Shown: positions 1 through 10,989, counted from the stretch's first letter. The stretch is DNA of 64,000 bases from Candidatus Sericytochromatia bacterium (GCA_040400605.1 JBBAPZ010000003.1:126507-190506), one strand, 5' to 3'. Made by a program: numbers and translations. The notes: a model not told the origin generated them from the sequence alone.

Positions 1-153
1 ATGCCTATCAAAACACCCAATAGACCGACTTATACCAAACCCAAGATCGTTAACAAAATGTTTTCAAATTTAACGGTCAGATAAGAATGATTGATTCCGG
101 CCGCACGATAACAGCTTTGCAAGTTAACGCAAGTGACCCCAAGGAGTAATAGC

Positions 154-1140
154 ATGTCCATTAACTCGATGACAGACCAAGCGATCAAGCGTCTCTATCC
201 ACTTCTTCAGAAGCAGCGAGCAAGCTCGCCAAACGAAGCAGTGCGGGTTGCAGCGACACCATCCCCAGTATTTGGTCAAAGGCCTCGCCAAGTGACGATC
301 ACGCCTGCTGGGGTGTTTGGGCGGGACATTACACCAGGCGGTTTGGCGCGTGAGCGTTTTGTCAAACAGACATTTCCGGGTTATCAACCAAGCAGCCTGA
401 AAGAGGCAAATATGGCTCGCACCAGAATGAATGAAAACTTGGCGGGGTTCGACTTGTCGGGTGTCGACCTAAGCGAATCGATTCTCTATGGCACCAGTTT
501 CGAGAAGGCCAAGTTAAAAGGGGCTAATCTGGATTTGGTGCGCACGAATTTTGGAGACGACGTTGCAAATTTTAGAGGTGCTGACCTCACAAACGCGTCT
601 GCACGGATCGCCGGTTTCAGTAGCGGTGATTTCACCGGAGCGCAGGCGTCCGGCATTGATTTAAGTAAAGCGGAGTTGCACCAGGCAAATTTTCCGCAAG
701 CCAACCTCTACAAAGCCAATCTCGGTCACGCTCAGGCGGAGAATACTCAATTTCCCGGCGCTGACATGGTGGGAGCGGACCTCAGGGACGGGAATTTTTG
801 GGGTGCCGACTTTGGAGGGGCCAATTTGGCGTTTGCCGATATGAGGGGAGGTAACACGGCTGGATCCTACGGCATCCGCGAGAATACGTCATTCGCGCAT
901 GCCAACTTTAACGGTGCAAATCTGAGATACGCTGATATGAGAAAAGCCGATGTTACCGGAGCGGATTTTGGAAAAGCCGATCTGTCGTACGCGCTACTCC
1001 CCGACCTGCGTAACGCAGAGATTTCGGGCGCTACTGTTACCAGAAGAGACGGGACCGTGGTACCACTTACCAATTTCTCGGAACTCCCCAGTCAGAAACG
1101 AAAGGCGGAAGGCTTGCATCCATGGATGCGCTCACGGTGA
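154..1140 (+). CDS. Pentapeptide repeat protein with low-complexity N-terminal extension
   Basis: Many A(D/N)(L/F)xx repeats (ANLYK ANLGH, ADFGG ANLAF ADMRG, ANFNG ANLRY). AGGAG at 142-146 supports ATG 154 rather than GTG 133. Confidence 0.9.
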   Translation: MSINSMTDQAIKRLYPLLQKQRASSPNEAVRVAATPSPVFGQRPRQVTITPAGVFGRDITPGGLARERFVKQTFPGYQPSSLKEANMARTRMNENLAGFDLSGVDLSESILYGTSFEKAKLKGANLDLVRTNFGDDVANFRGADLTNASARIAGFSSGDFTGAQASGIDLSKAELHQANFPQANLYKANLGHAQAENTQFPGADMVGADLRDGNFWGADFGGANLAFADMRGGNTAGSYGIRENTSFAHANFNGANLRYADMRKADVTGADFGKADLSYALLPDLRNAEISGATVTRRDGTVVPLTNFSELPSQKRKAEGLHPWMRSR

Positions 1141-1214
1141 ACTGGGACGATGGCGAGACGTAGGGATCCGTTCCGCCTGACGCAATGTAACCGCTGAAAT
1201 CAAGAGAACACGCC

Positions 1215-1240
1215 GTAGTGCCTCATCACTGAGGCACTAC
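1215..1240. terminator. Perfect 11-bp hairpin between convergent genes, probable terminator
   Basis: GTAGTGCCTCA-tcac-TGAGGCACTAC between the pentapeptide gene and thrS. The U-tract is weak. Confidence 0.55.
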
Positions 1241-1393
1241 ATTTGACATTTCTTAACGACGCCGCGGAGTGCCGGTCGTTAGCCGCTTGGGCCTCAGCGA
1301 GCGCTTGATGACAACAACTGTGCCAGCCTGAACGTTTTAAATTCGCTAAACGCAAACGACCGCACCAAGTGGCAAAATTGGTTGCGCAATCCC

Positions 1394-3367
1394 TCAGTCC
1401 GGCATGACAAGCGAGGTCAAGGACTTGGTATCTCGCTCCCTTGCCAGCAGGTCAATAACCCGTTCAAGTTCCACGACCTGGTTGCGCCCACCTGTGCGGG
1501 CGCGGACCGCGACACTGCGCGCAGCCATCTCCTGCTTGCCGATAATCAGCATGTAAGGCGTCTTATGAACCTGTGCCTCCCGGATGCGATAGTTCAAGGA
1601 CTCGTTGCGATCATCCAAACTCACCCGCAAACCGACCTCAGCCAACGCGTCACGCACGGTTTGGGCGTAGTCGTGGACATCATCACTGATGGGAATGACC
1701 ACCGCCTGCGTCGGTGCCAACCACAACGGAAAGTGCCCCGCATAATGCTCAATAATCAAAGCCATAAAGCGTTCCATGGTTCCCAAAATGGCCCGATGCA
1801 CCATCACCGGCGTGTGCTCCTGGCCATCCGATCCCCGATAAGTCAACTCGAAGCGCTCAGGCAAATTGAAGTCGCACTGCACCGTGGGGCCTTGCCACTC
1901 CCGTCCAATCGCATCATAAAACTTGAAGTCAATTTTGGGACCATAAAATGCGCCACCGCCCTCGTCAACCTCATAAGGCAAACCAGAGCGTTCAAGGGCC
2001 ATCCGAAGGGCGGCGATCGCCCGTTCCCAAATGGCATCATCGCCAATCGCCTTTTCCGGACGCGTGGAGAGGTACACCTTGGCTTCGAGGCCAAACACCT
2101 GCATGGCCGTCTGAATAAACGCGACACAGCCTGTCAACTCATCCGGCAACTGCTCAACCGTGCAGAAAATGTGCGCATCATCCATCGTCAAACCGCGCAC
2201 CCGCGCCAAGCCATGCAAGGTGCCCGAGCGCTCATACCGGTAAACATTGGCGATTTCTTGCAGACGGATGGGCAAATCCCGATACGAACGCAACTGCGAC
2301 TTATAAATCATCGCATGCCCCGGACAATTCATCGGCTTCACACGATAATTGGCCCCTTCAATATCCATCGCCGGAAACATGTTTTCCGCATAATTGCCCA
2401 AATGTCCCGACACCTCAAACAAGGTTTCTTTGACCACGTGAGGCGTGAACACCGGCTCATAGCCCCGCGCCTTGAGTTCCGCACGCAGCCAATCCTCAAT
2501 GAGTGAGCGAATCAAGGCACCTTTGGGATGCCAAAAAATCAAGCCTGGTCCCGTAACTTCCGGAATGGAGAACAGATCCAGTTCTTTGCCCAGCTTGCGG
2601 TGATCACGCTTGGCCGCTTCTTCGAGACGGGTCAAGTGGGTCTTGAGGTCAGCCTCACTAAAATAAGCCGTGCCATAGATGCGTTGCAACATCTTGTTTT
2701 TTTCGGAGCCACGCCAGTAAGCACCGGCCGCGCTCAACAACCGGATGTGCCGGATCCACCCTGTGTGCGGCACATGCGGCCCGCGACAAAGGTCGCTCCA
2801 GCCACCATGGCCATACAGCGTTACCGTGGCTGTGGGGTCTTGGACCAGGATATCACCCAAAATCTCAGCCTTGTAGGGCTCTCCTTCGGCTCGGAATCGC
2901 GCCATTGTGGCGTCAAGGGCGTCGGCTGGAATCTCGGTACGCGATACCGGCAATTTCGCCTCAGCCAAGCGTTGCATCTCCGCCTCGATGCGCACGAGAT
3001 CATCGGGTGTGAAACCCCGTTCGTAATCAAAATCGTAAAAGAAACCGTCTTCCGTCACGGGACCAATCGTCACCATCGCACCTGGAAACAAGGACTGCAC
3101 TGCCATGGCCATCAAATGGGCGGCGCTGTGACGCAAGACCTCTAGAGCCGCTGGATCATCCGCCGTCACGATGGCGACGCGATCGCCTGTCGCCAACACC
3201 CGTGAAAGATCGCAAAGCGCGTCGTTAATCCGCGCCGCCACCGCCTTTTTGGCCAAGCCCTTGCTGATGGACTCAGCCAAACCCCACGCCGTGGTACCAG
3301 CAGGCAATTCACGCTGCGACGCATCAGGCAAAACAACCTGGATCACTGAAGCCTCAACCGGCGACAT
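1394..3367 (-). CDS. thrS: Threonine--tRNA ligase
   Basis: TGS domain start, RHSAAHLMA, DLCRGPH, KRDHRKLG, KPMNCPGH, GAFYGPKID, VHRAILG motifs. Confidence 0.98.
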   Translation of the reverse strand: MSPVEASVIQVVLPDASQRELPAGTTAWGLAESISKGLAKKAVAARINDALCDLSRVLATGDRVAIVTADDPAALEVLRHSAAHLMAMAVQSLFPGAMVTIGPVTEDGFFYDFDYERGFTPDDLVRIEAEMQRLAEAKLPVSRTEIPADALDATMARFRAEGEPYKAEILGDILVQDPTATVTLYGHGGWSDLCRGPHVPHTGWIRHIRLLSAAGAYWRGSEKNKMLQRIYGTAYFSEADLKTHLTRLEEAAKRDHRKLGKELDLFSIPEVTGPGLIFWHPKGALIRSLIEDWLRAELKARGYEPVFTPHVVKETLFEVSGHLGNYAENMFPAMDIEGANYRVKPMNCPGHAMIYKSQLRSYRDLPIRLQEIANVYRYERSGTLHGLARVRGLTMDDAHIFCTVEQLPDELTGCVAFIQTAMQVFGLEAKVYLSTRPEKAIGDDAIWERAIAALRMALERSGLPYEVDEGGGAFYGPKIDFKFYDAIGREWQGPTVQCDFNLPERFELTYRGSDGQEHTPVMVHRAILGTMERFMALIIEHYAGHFPLWLAPTQAVVIPISDDVHDYAQTVRDALAEVGLRVSLDDRNESLNYRIREAQVHKTPYMLIIGKQEMAARSVAVRARTGGRNQVVELERVIDLLARERDTKSLTSLVMPD

Positions 3368-3488
3368 GGCACTTTCTCCTCAAACGGGCCCGTTCCAAAA
3401 CCAGCCAAGGCATTTTAGCGCAGTTTGCCGAAAATTGCCCGCCTCTTTGTCCAGCAACCCGTAACGGTGACACATGCATCCGATCAGT

Positions 3489-5360
3489 TTATCGCTTGCG
3501 CCGCTTGCCACCATTGCGCTTGTATTGAAGCCGGTACGCAGCGGGCTCAGCCGACGGCTCTGGGGCGGGATAGGTGATATCCGCTATCTTCTGATTCTCC
3601 GACAGATTCGACAGTTCGGCCGTGAGTCGGTTGCCTGCGGGGTCCACAATTTCGCCGGCACGCACTTTCACAGACACCACATCCGCCTTGTTATCGAAAA
3701 ACTTGTGATTGTTCCAGATGCGAATCACCCGAATGCCAGATGACGCGAGTGGTTTGAAACCAACTGTCACGGGGCATTGGGCGGTGGGTACAATGCGAAA
3801 CTCCTTACCCAGCTCCGCCGGATTATTACCGAAGCCTTGTCGATCACTCGGCACATTCAGCACGTTGGTCGTTCCATTCAAAAACGTTGACTTAAGCGCC
3901 AATTGCGATTGCCCCACACAAAACGTGAAATTCTCCAATTTCTCAACGCTGTCATCCCATGTGAGCGTATCACGCCGCGGCGTCACACTTGGCCTGATCC
4001 CAAAGACCACCAAATCGGTGTCAAACGTCACTTCAAACTCTGTGTAACTCTTCGATAAGTCCTCATCATTGCGAACCACTGTACACGTCAAACTGGTTGG
4101 CTTAGGTGGTTCATTGTCCGTCTTGAGAGTAAAAGTCGCCGCATTGGTGTGCGTACTGTCCCAACGCGTGTCGCGATCCTTGGGATCAAAACCGGAAATG
4201 CCAAGCTTCGGCGATCGCACGGTGTTAAACAAAAACTCGCCCGCAGCAACCGTCGTATCCAGCTTGCCATTGCCCCCGGTTCCCATCCGGTTACCGTCAA
4301 TATCCCTGACAACAAAAGCGGGATCATTCACCAGGCCAATCTGGTACGCACCGCCCTTGGTTCGCCCAGTCAAGGCATTCGTAATCTTTGAGCAACTCAC
4401 AATGATCGCCTGATCCCACGTGGGGATATCCAGCAATTCGACGCCACTTTCACTACTAGGACGCGGCGTCGGCCACGAGATAAAGTAAGGGAAAGCATTG
4501 ACGTTAACAGGCGTTCCAGACCCGGCATTCAAGTCGGGTGGGGGTGTCGCGCCTTGGGCTGCCACCTCATTCAACGGCACGATGCGCAAACTGTGGATGA
4601 AGTTGTTGCGATTCTGTTCGGTCAATGCCTCCGATAGCGTGATCTTCAGTTTGACTGGGGTGTTATCCAATTCTGTTGCGCCGTCAAGTGGCTCCACATC
4701 AATGATTTCGGGATAATTGGAAAGGAAGTAGGGGTGATCAAACTTGCCAGGCTCCCCGAAATTCACGGTGTGCAGATTGCCCCCCTCCAAAAAAAACGTC
4801 CGTTTGCGCGCTGTGTAACCATACTTGGTAACCTCAATCAATGCGACACCATTTTCTGTCGGCACATCATCAAAATTGAATGCACCATCTTTCAGCTTGA
4901 CTTCAGTCTTTTTGTCTTTATACGTCAAGGTGGCGAAGAATTCATTTGAATCCATCATCTGGTTGCCATCGATATCGTAAATTTTTCCGGTGATACGCGT
5001 TTTGCCATCCGCGGTAGCCGCCACATCCACCACTTCCGGTCCACCGGGCGAATAAGTGGGTCGAGGGGTCGACGCCGGGCTCGGCTCCGTGGAAGGTGAC
5101 TGCCCCGCATCAGGCGACGGTGAGACCGCAGCCGGCGAGGGCGAGACCGAAGGCCTGGGCGCATCCGATGGCAGCACGAAACTCGTGGCACTGGCACTGG
5201 GACTCGTTCCGGGAGCACGTGATGCAGTCGGCGGCTTGCTCGATTTGATGCTTCCGGGATTGTCAATCACAACCGTTGAAGAGGGCGCAGCCGGGCATCC
5301 CACAGACACCAGCGTCGTCACCCCCAACAAGCCGCTCAAACGCGTCAACCGGCCATACAT
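3489..5360 (-). CDS. Large lipoprotein with P/S/T linker, carboxypeptidase-regulatory-like and Ig-like domains
   Basis: Signal peptide ending LVSVGC, Pro/Ser/Thr-rich linker, then ITGKIYDIDG...FNFDDVP...KYGY (carboxypeptidase-regulatory-like pattern) and beta-rich PEIIDVEP..VKLKITLSEAL (Ig-like pattern). Confidence 0.7.
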   Translation of the reverse strand: MYGRLTRLSGLLGVTTLVSVGCPAAPSSTVVIDNPGSIKSSKPPTASRAPGTSPSASATSFVLPSDAPRPSVSPSPAAVSPSPDAGQSPSTEPSPASTPRPTYSPGGPEVVDVAATADGKTRITGKIYDIDGNQMMDSNEFFATLTYKDKKTEVKLKDGAFNFDDVPTENGVALIEVTKYGYTARKRTFFLEGGNLHTVNFGEPGKFDHPYFLSNYPEIIDVEPLDGATELDNTPVKLKITLSEALTEQNRNNFIHSLRIVPLNEVAAQGATPPPDLNAGSGTPVNVNAFPYFISWPTPRPSSESGVELLDIPTWDQAIIVSCSKITNALTGRTKGGAYQIGLVNDPAFVVRDIDGNRMGTGGNGKLDTTVAAGEFLFNTVRSPKLGISGFDPKDRDTRWDSTHTNAATFTLKTDNEPPKPTSLTCTVVRNDEDLSKSYTEFEVTFDTDLVVFGIRPSVTPRRDTLTWDDSVEKLENFTFCVGQSQLALKSTFLNGTTNVLNVPSDRQGFGNNPAELGKEFRIVPTAQCPVTVGFKPLASSGIRVIRIWNNHKFFDNKADVVSVKVRAGEIVDPAGNRLTAELSNLSENQKIADITYPAPEPSAEPAAYRLQYKRNGGKRRKR

Positions 5361-5949
5361 CACAACAGCGTCTCCTCAAACGAAACCGTCCACAATCCAT
5401 ATACCCAACGCGACCCTTGATTGCAACACGGACAATGAAACCGACATCAATTTCACGGTTCAGGCCGGCGGAATGACTGGCGTTTACCGTCAAAGACCCA
5501 ATCACGCCAGGTTGAGTGGCGTTCTGCAACCATGCATTAACAGACATTCGACAGCTCGCGGCAAAAATTCTGGAAACCAGGTCATCGCTTGATCATTAAA
5601 AAACGTTCATCCACAACACGATCTGAACCAGTTTGCGGGCAAGGTGCCCTGAAACAGGCACCCAAAGGGTGCTTCAAGCGCTTTCTGATTTGAGGAGGTT
5701 TCGACCAGCCGATTGAACGAACAATCAGCGAATTTGAGAACTGGGATACAACCAGCCGACCGACAGATTTTATTGAAACGACTTCTTGAAACAAGCGTTC
5801 AGCCCCATCGCCAAACCACATCACCATGAAGGCACGCAAGTTTGACACGGTAACGGCGATAAACCTTAGACGCGGCTTAACGCAATATTTGCCTTTATGG
5901 GGTCACACCGCTTGGGTGAGGACTTTCACCTGCGATAGAAGGGGTAACG

Positions 5950-7326
5950 ATGCGCGCCATTGTTCTGACTGTCACATTGATGATGCTTGTGGCTGGTTGT
6001 GGTGTCAAAGCGATGCCACAGGGTTTCTTCAGCGCAGGCGATGCCCTCAACGCCAATGCGCGGCCGGTGCTCGGTGACAGGGCGTGGGCCCAGTTTCGCA
6101 TCGCGGCAGAATTGCCTGCCACCAAGGAGGAACGGGCCGCGGTGAAACTGACCTATCTCATGACGGATGACACCAAGCACCAGAGCCCACAGTCACTTGG
6201 GATGCTGCGAATGTTGGATGACTTGCCGCAGAAAGACGTTCATAACGTGGTGTTTCGCGATGGTCGCGACCAAGGTGATGCCAGGCTTTATTATCTGGTT
6301 CAGGGGGATGGCAACGCCCAGAGCGTTGCGAATCCGGGCGTTCCCTTGGCGCCCGGTGTGACGGAAGTGGCATCCAACAACCCACAGGTTTTTGCTCAGG
6401 TATTGGCTTACACCCTCGATCGCTATCCCGGTCGCCGCAAATATCTGCAAATCTACACCCATGGCGGCGGCGTCTTTGGTATTGGCACCGACAGCAATCA
6501 GACGGATCCCACAGGCAAAGCGCTGCCCAAAGAAGAACAGCGTTCCATTATGCGCATACCGGAGTTTGCGGAGGCCTTGCGCCAAGGGCTGAAGGGGCGG
6601 GCATTGGATGCGGTGTATTTTCGGGCTTGTTTGATGGGTAACGTCGAGGCTTTGTATGAATTGCGTGGGTTGGTGCGGTATGCGATCGCCAGCGAAGATG
6701 TCAGTTACTCGGTCGACAATTCCAATCTGAACATGACCCGCCTGTTCGACGACTTGGCCAATCAAAAAACCGAACCGGCGGAACTCGTCCGACAAATGGC
6801 GATCGCCGGACGTGGCAAACACGGCATGACAACCGACAAGGATCCAAGCGGCTACGCGACCATCGCAGCCATTGAGATCGAACGCCTCACCGAACTCAAG
6901 GCAGCCCTTAACCAACTCGCAAACGCCCTGTTGCGGGCCGAACCAGACGAAGCCACGCTAATCCGCGAAGCCTATGATGCCGTTCCAAGTTTCGGTACCG
7001 ATGAAACGGATCAGCGCGACTTGTGGGCCTTTAGCGCTGCCCTGCAACAACGCATCAAAAACCCGGATCTGCTGCGCAGCATCGATGCCGTACGACGAAC
7101 CCAACGAGCCGTCATGCTGCACGCCAAAGACGCCTATGGACCAGCAGCCAACGGCCTCTCCATCCTCATGCCGCCACGCAATCTGGCAGAAGAAAAACGC
7201 GCGGTCATGCTCAAGTTCATCCGCACCCGTTACCAAACAACACGCTTTGCACAAGATGGCACATGGGGCAAATTTATTGAAACCATGCTGTCACCCCAAG
7301 CAGGTCAAACACCCAAACGTCCCTGA
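5950..7326 (+). CDS. Clostripain-like (peptidase C11) cysteine protease lipoprotein
   Basis: Lipobox LVAGC. Catalytic-dyad contexts IYTHGGG and YFRACLMGNVE match the C11 HGxG and FDACLM motifs. RBS AGGGGG. Confidence 0.85.
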   Translation: MRAIVLTVTLMMLVAGCGVKAMPQGFFSAGDALNANARPVLGDRAWAQFRIAAELPATKEERAAVKLTYLMTDDTKHQSPQSLGMLRMLDDLPQKDVHNVVFRDGRDQGDARLYYLVQGDGNAQSVANPGVPLAPGVTEVASNNPQVFAQVLAYTLDRYPGRRKYLQIYTHGGGVFGIGTDSNQTDPTGKALPKEEQRSIMRIPEFAEALRQGLKGRALDAVYFRACLMGNVEALYELRGLVRYAIASEDVSYSVDNSNLNMTRLFDDLANQKTEPAELVRQMAIAGRGKHGMTTDKDPSGYATIAAIEIERLTELKAALNQLANALLRAEPDEATLIREAYDAVPSFGTDETDQRDLWAFSAALQQRIKNPDLLRSIDAVRRTQRAVMLHAKDAYGPAANGLSILMPPRNLAEEKRAVMLKFIRTRYQTTRFAQDGTWGKFIETMLSPQAGQTPKRP

Positions 7327-7736
7327 CAATGAGGAAGCGTTGCGCTGCACGGTTTGCTCGGGAACAGAGCCGAAAACTCGGCATCGGCATGAAAATGCGC
7401 CAAATGATTAAAAGCTGCCACTGATGCTTGGTGATCAATACGGTGACACGTCGGTGGCAAGCGAATGGCGGCAACCGCATGGACACCGGATCGACATCTT
7501 TATAAATTAATCCCAGGACGTCTCCGCGCAAGCAAGTATACGGTCGTTTTGTGTAAAGCAGCATCCGCTTAGGCTTGCTGCGCCATGCTCAGGCTAGCAA
7601 CTTAACGCGATCCTAAACGATAAATATCCCAATATTAACCGAATCTGGCACATGCATGGCGATAAAAAACCTGGTTGCGTGAGCGGATGTCCGGTACGGA
7701 TGTGACATCCCAGTGTATTGAGGAAGGATTTATTCG

Positions 7737-8785
7737 ATGTCACAACTGCGTCTGGATGCGGGTTTGGTTGCACGGGACTACGATAAAAATCGTGATGGTT
7801 TGGTGAGTGATGATCTCAAAGTGACCGCGATGGATCTCGTGGATACCCAAAAGACGGCAAGGTCACAGTAGCGGAATTGGCTGCGGCACTAGGGGCCGAT
7901 CGCGTCATCGTCAGTCAAGGCACCATCTTGGCAGGCAAAGCAGGCGCCGCACCCACCCTGCCAGAAATCCAATCGCTCAACACCATTCGAAACCTCGCAT
8001 CAGACGCCGTCGGCTTCTTCGGCGCCGGCAACGCCCAATATCCCGGCTACCGTTACCAATCCACCGACCAAAACGGCAAAGTCCACTATCAATACGGGGC
8101 AGCCATTGCCGAATTGCGAACCCGCCTGAGCGCCATCGAAACGGTCGCCCGCCAAGACAATGGCTTCCGCTCCAAGACTGTCGCCACCCTCGCCCGCAAT
8201 GCCCTCCAGCAAAACACCTGGGATCACCTTCTGGATCAAGGCAGCGCCCAAAGCCGCTATAGCGCACTCTTTGCCACCATCAACAACATTGCCGAAATGA
8301 GCACCGCGCCAGCCCAACCGACACAAACCGAAGAAACACTCTATGGCTCAGTCAAACAGGCCCAACAATCCATTCAAGGCCTCAAAACATCACTCAAAGG
8401 CGTGACGGTCGCCGACACCGAAGCCAAAGTTCAACAAAAGATCAAAGACTTGCAGGCCGACATCGCAGCGATTCCGGGCTGGCAAAAAGTGCTGGTGGTC
8501 GGTCTCGCACGCAAAGCGTCACTGAATAACCAGATCAAGGATCTGCAAAATAAATTGGCAACACTCAAAGCAGCCAAACCGGACACCCAGATCACCCAGT
8601 TGAGCAGCACCGCCCGCCAAGCGTACGAAGTGGGACAAAACGGCTGGAAAGTCCGCAACGTCGAAGAGGCGGATGCCTACGCAACTGAAGCCTCACCAGT
8701 AATCAACGAAGCAAGGGGCATCGGCAGAAAAGCCGTTCAAGACGCCAACCACATTCAAGCCTTGCGCAAAAAGTTGAATCAATAA
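7737..8785 (+). CDS. EF-hand-like N-terminus plus coiled-coil orphan protein, split by a -1 frameshift near 7850
   Basis: RBS GAGGAAGG then ATG 7737 gives MSQLRLDAG..DYDKNRDGLV..DTQK, which stops at 7869-7871. The -1 frame continues DGKVTVAELAAALGADRV into the 7877-8785 ORF. Confidence 0.7.
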
Positions 8786-8802
8786 ATCCACTGAACCCAC
8801 GC

Positions 8803-8846
8803 TTGACAGGTTGACATTTACCTCCTAGATTAGAACAAACGTTCTA
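8803..8846 (+). promoter_or_regulatory. Sigma70 promoter overlapped by a LexA (SOS) box
   Basis: TTGACA (8803-8808), 17 nt, TAGATT (8826-8831). Palindrome TAGAAC-AAAC-GTTCTA (8831-8846) fits GAAC-N4-GTTC and lies directly upstream of imuA. Confidence 0.85.
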
Positions 8847-8865
8847 CTTTGGGAGGTATTGTGCT

Positions 8866-9480
8866 TTGGCGGCACCGCTTGATTGGGCAGCACTGTCACT
8901 GAAGCCGGCCAGTGCGTTATTGCGTGAAAATGGGCCATCCGGGCGTTTGTCGGATCTTGTCGGCTGGGTATCCGTGGTGCAGGAAAGCACGCATGGCGCA
9001 CGTTTGACTTGGGCCATGCATCTGATTTGGGAGGCGCAGCGGCGACAAGAGCCAGTTGCCTGGATTGGCGCACCGGGGAGAACGTTTTACCCGCCGGATG
9101 CGATCGCCAATGGTGTCGACCCCGACGCACTGCCTGTCATCCGGGTATCAAGCGGAACGCAACAACTGCGTGCCGTGGACCATTTGTTACGTTCCGGCGC
9201 ATTCGGACTCATCGTGATTGATGGGGCACCTGATTGCCACCTATCCAATCGGGTGTTGTCGCGCTTGGGGCCCCTGGCCCGCCGTCACGTGACGGCAGTG
9301 GTCTGTTTGGTGTCTGCCGACGCTCGCGTCGACGCGGCGATCGACATCCGGGCGCAAATTGAACAACTCCGGCTGAAAGATGGCAGGTATCGGTGTCGCT
9401 GGCGATCGCTCAAAGACCGCCGTCGAGCCCCGGGAGCGGAAAGCGTTGAGGTGGTTCATGGGCCGATTGGCTTGTGTTGA
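8866..9480 (+). CDS. imuA: ImuA, RecA-like SOS mutagenesis accessory protein
   Basis: RecA-fold motifs VAWIG..FYPP..GVD..LPVIR and LLRSGAFGLIVID without an intact Walker A. First gene of the imuB-dnaE2 operon. RBS GGGAGG. Confidence 0.85.
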   Translation: MAAPLDWAALSLKPASALLRENGPSGRLSDLVGWVSVVQESTHGARLTWAMHLIWEAQRRQEPVAWIGAPGRTFYPPDAIANGVDPDALPVIRVSSGTQQLRAVDHLLRSGAFGLIVIDGAPDCHLSNRVLSRLGPLARRHVTAVVCLVSADARVDAAIDIRAQIEQLRLKDGRYRCRWRSLKDRRRAPGAESVEVVHGPIGLC

Positions 9481-10942
9481 CATCCCTGCTTTGGCTTTAC
9501 AGGTGTTGCTGAAGGCGCATCCGGAATGGCAGGGTGAGCCGGTTGTGTTATTGGACCGTCCCCAAGCGTCCGGGGTGGTGCAAGCGGTCAATGCCGCGGC
9601 GCAAAAAGGGGGGGTGCAGCCAGGCTTGCGTTATGCCGTCGCGTTAAACCGTTTGCCGAATTTGCGTGGGGGCACGGTGGATGCGTCCACGCTCAAGGAG
9701 GCGCAAGCGGCTTTATTGGGGTATTTGCAGGGTTTCAGTCCTGAGGTTGAGCCAGCGGAGTCCGGCGTTTTCTGGTTGGATGTGGTGGGTTTGGCGGGTT
9801 TGTACCCGTCACTGGATGTATGGGCGCAGGCATTGCGGGCTGCGCTGAAGGCCGAGGCCTATGTGGTGGGCGTGGTGGTGGGTTTCAGCCGTACGGGGAC
9901 TCGTTCCGTGGCGCGTGTACTCAACGGGCGCAAGCATCTGGTGTTTGAGGGTGTGGAGGCGGAGCGGGAGGTGGTGGCCCGTGTGCCGTTGAATGTGCTT
10001 GGTTGGCCTGCCGGCGTGGTCGCGGCATTGGGACAATTGGGTGTCACGCGGGTGGGGGCGTTTTTGCGCTTGCCCGCAGCGGGTATCGCGTCGCGTTTTG
10101 GGGAGGAGGCATGGAAAGCGTATCAGGAGTTGCGGGGCGATCGCTTTTGGCCTTTGCAGCCGGCAAAGCTTGCCTTGCCGCATGCGCTCACGGTGAACTG
10201 GGACCATGGCGAGACGTGTCGTGTGCGGATGTTGTTTCAGTTAAAAGGGCCGGTGACGCAACTCTTGCAGGAATGTGCAAGCAAAGGCCAGGGAGCAACG
10301 GCGCTGAGTGTTGATTTTTGGGATGAATCGGGTGATGGCCGATGCTTGGCGCTGCGTCTGGCGGAGCCGACCGTGGCGGGGTTGGTGGTTTTGAATTTGT
10401 TGCAATTGCGTCTCGAATCATTTGACTTTGGCGACAGGGCGGTTGTGGGTGCGCGTGTCGCGATGGTGGGGGTGCCTGTGCGCGTTCACCAAGAAACCTG
10501 GCTTTTGGCGGCACCCAAGCGTGACAAACGCCTGGCCAATCGGGCATTTGAGCGTTTGCGGGCCCTGTTTGGGGATGAGGATGTGGTGGTCAAGGCAGTC
10601 CTGTGCGATCGCCATTTGCCTGAAGAGCGCTTTGATTGGCAGCCGTTGACCCAGTTGTCTGATGCCGCCCCCAAGGAGCCGGAAGGTGGCACCTTGGTGC
10701 GTCAATTGTGGCAGCCGCCGCGTGAAATTACGCCACGTCCGACCACAGGGGACTGGTACCCCTTGGGTTGGGCGGCGGGTGCGGTGGTGGGTTGGGAGGG
10801 GCCGTATCGTTTGGCTGGTGGTTGGTGGCAGGATGCAACGGTACGGGATTATCACCGGCTTGAATTGTCACAGGGTGCCTTGCTATGGGTGTTCAACGTC
10901 CCTGAGCAGGGGCGGTGGTTTTTACAGGGGGCGGTATGTTGA
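9458..10942 (+). CDS. imuB: ImuB, inactive Y-family polymerase-like protein
   Basis: MGRLACVDIP..ALQ, VNAAAQKGGV.PG, FSPEVE, C-terminal GPYRL.GGWW...RDY. Start at ATG 9458 with RBS GAGGTGG, overlapping the imuA end. Confidence 0.9.
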   Translation: MGRLACVDIPALALQVLLKAHPEWQGEPVVLLDRPQASGVVQAVNAAAQKGGVQPGLRYAVALNRLPNLRGGTVDASTLKEAQAALLGYLQGFSPEVEPAESGVFWLDVVGLAGLYPSLDVWAQALRAALKAEAYVVGVVVGFSRTGTRSVARVLNGRKHLVFEGVEAEREVVARVPLNVLGWPAGVVAALGQLGVTRVGAFLRLPAAGIASRFGEEAWKAYQELRGDRFWPLQPAKLALPHALTVNWDHGETCRVRMLFQLKGPVTQLLQECASKGQGATALSVDFWDESGDGRCLALRLAEPTVAGLVVLNLLQLRLESFDFGDRAVVGARVAMVGVPVRVHQETWLLAAPKRDKRLANRAFERLRALFGDEDVVVKAVLCDRHLPEERFDWQPLTQLSDAAPKEPEGGTLVRQLWQPPREITPRPTTGDWYPLGWAAGAVVGWEGPYRLAGGWWQDATVRDYHRLELSQGALLWVFNVPEQGRWFLQGAVC

Positions 10943-10989
10943 GCGGAGCCGCAATTGTGTGCAGGGGCGTTACGAGGAGGCCATAGGGG

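Noticed and set aside
1382..2506. 374-aa + strand ORF
   Set aside because: Antisense shadow of thrS with no recognisable motifs.
3368..3488. T-box riboswitch upstream of thrS
   Set aside because: The spacer is too short and has no T-box (AAGGTGGNACC) or terminator pattern.
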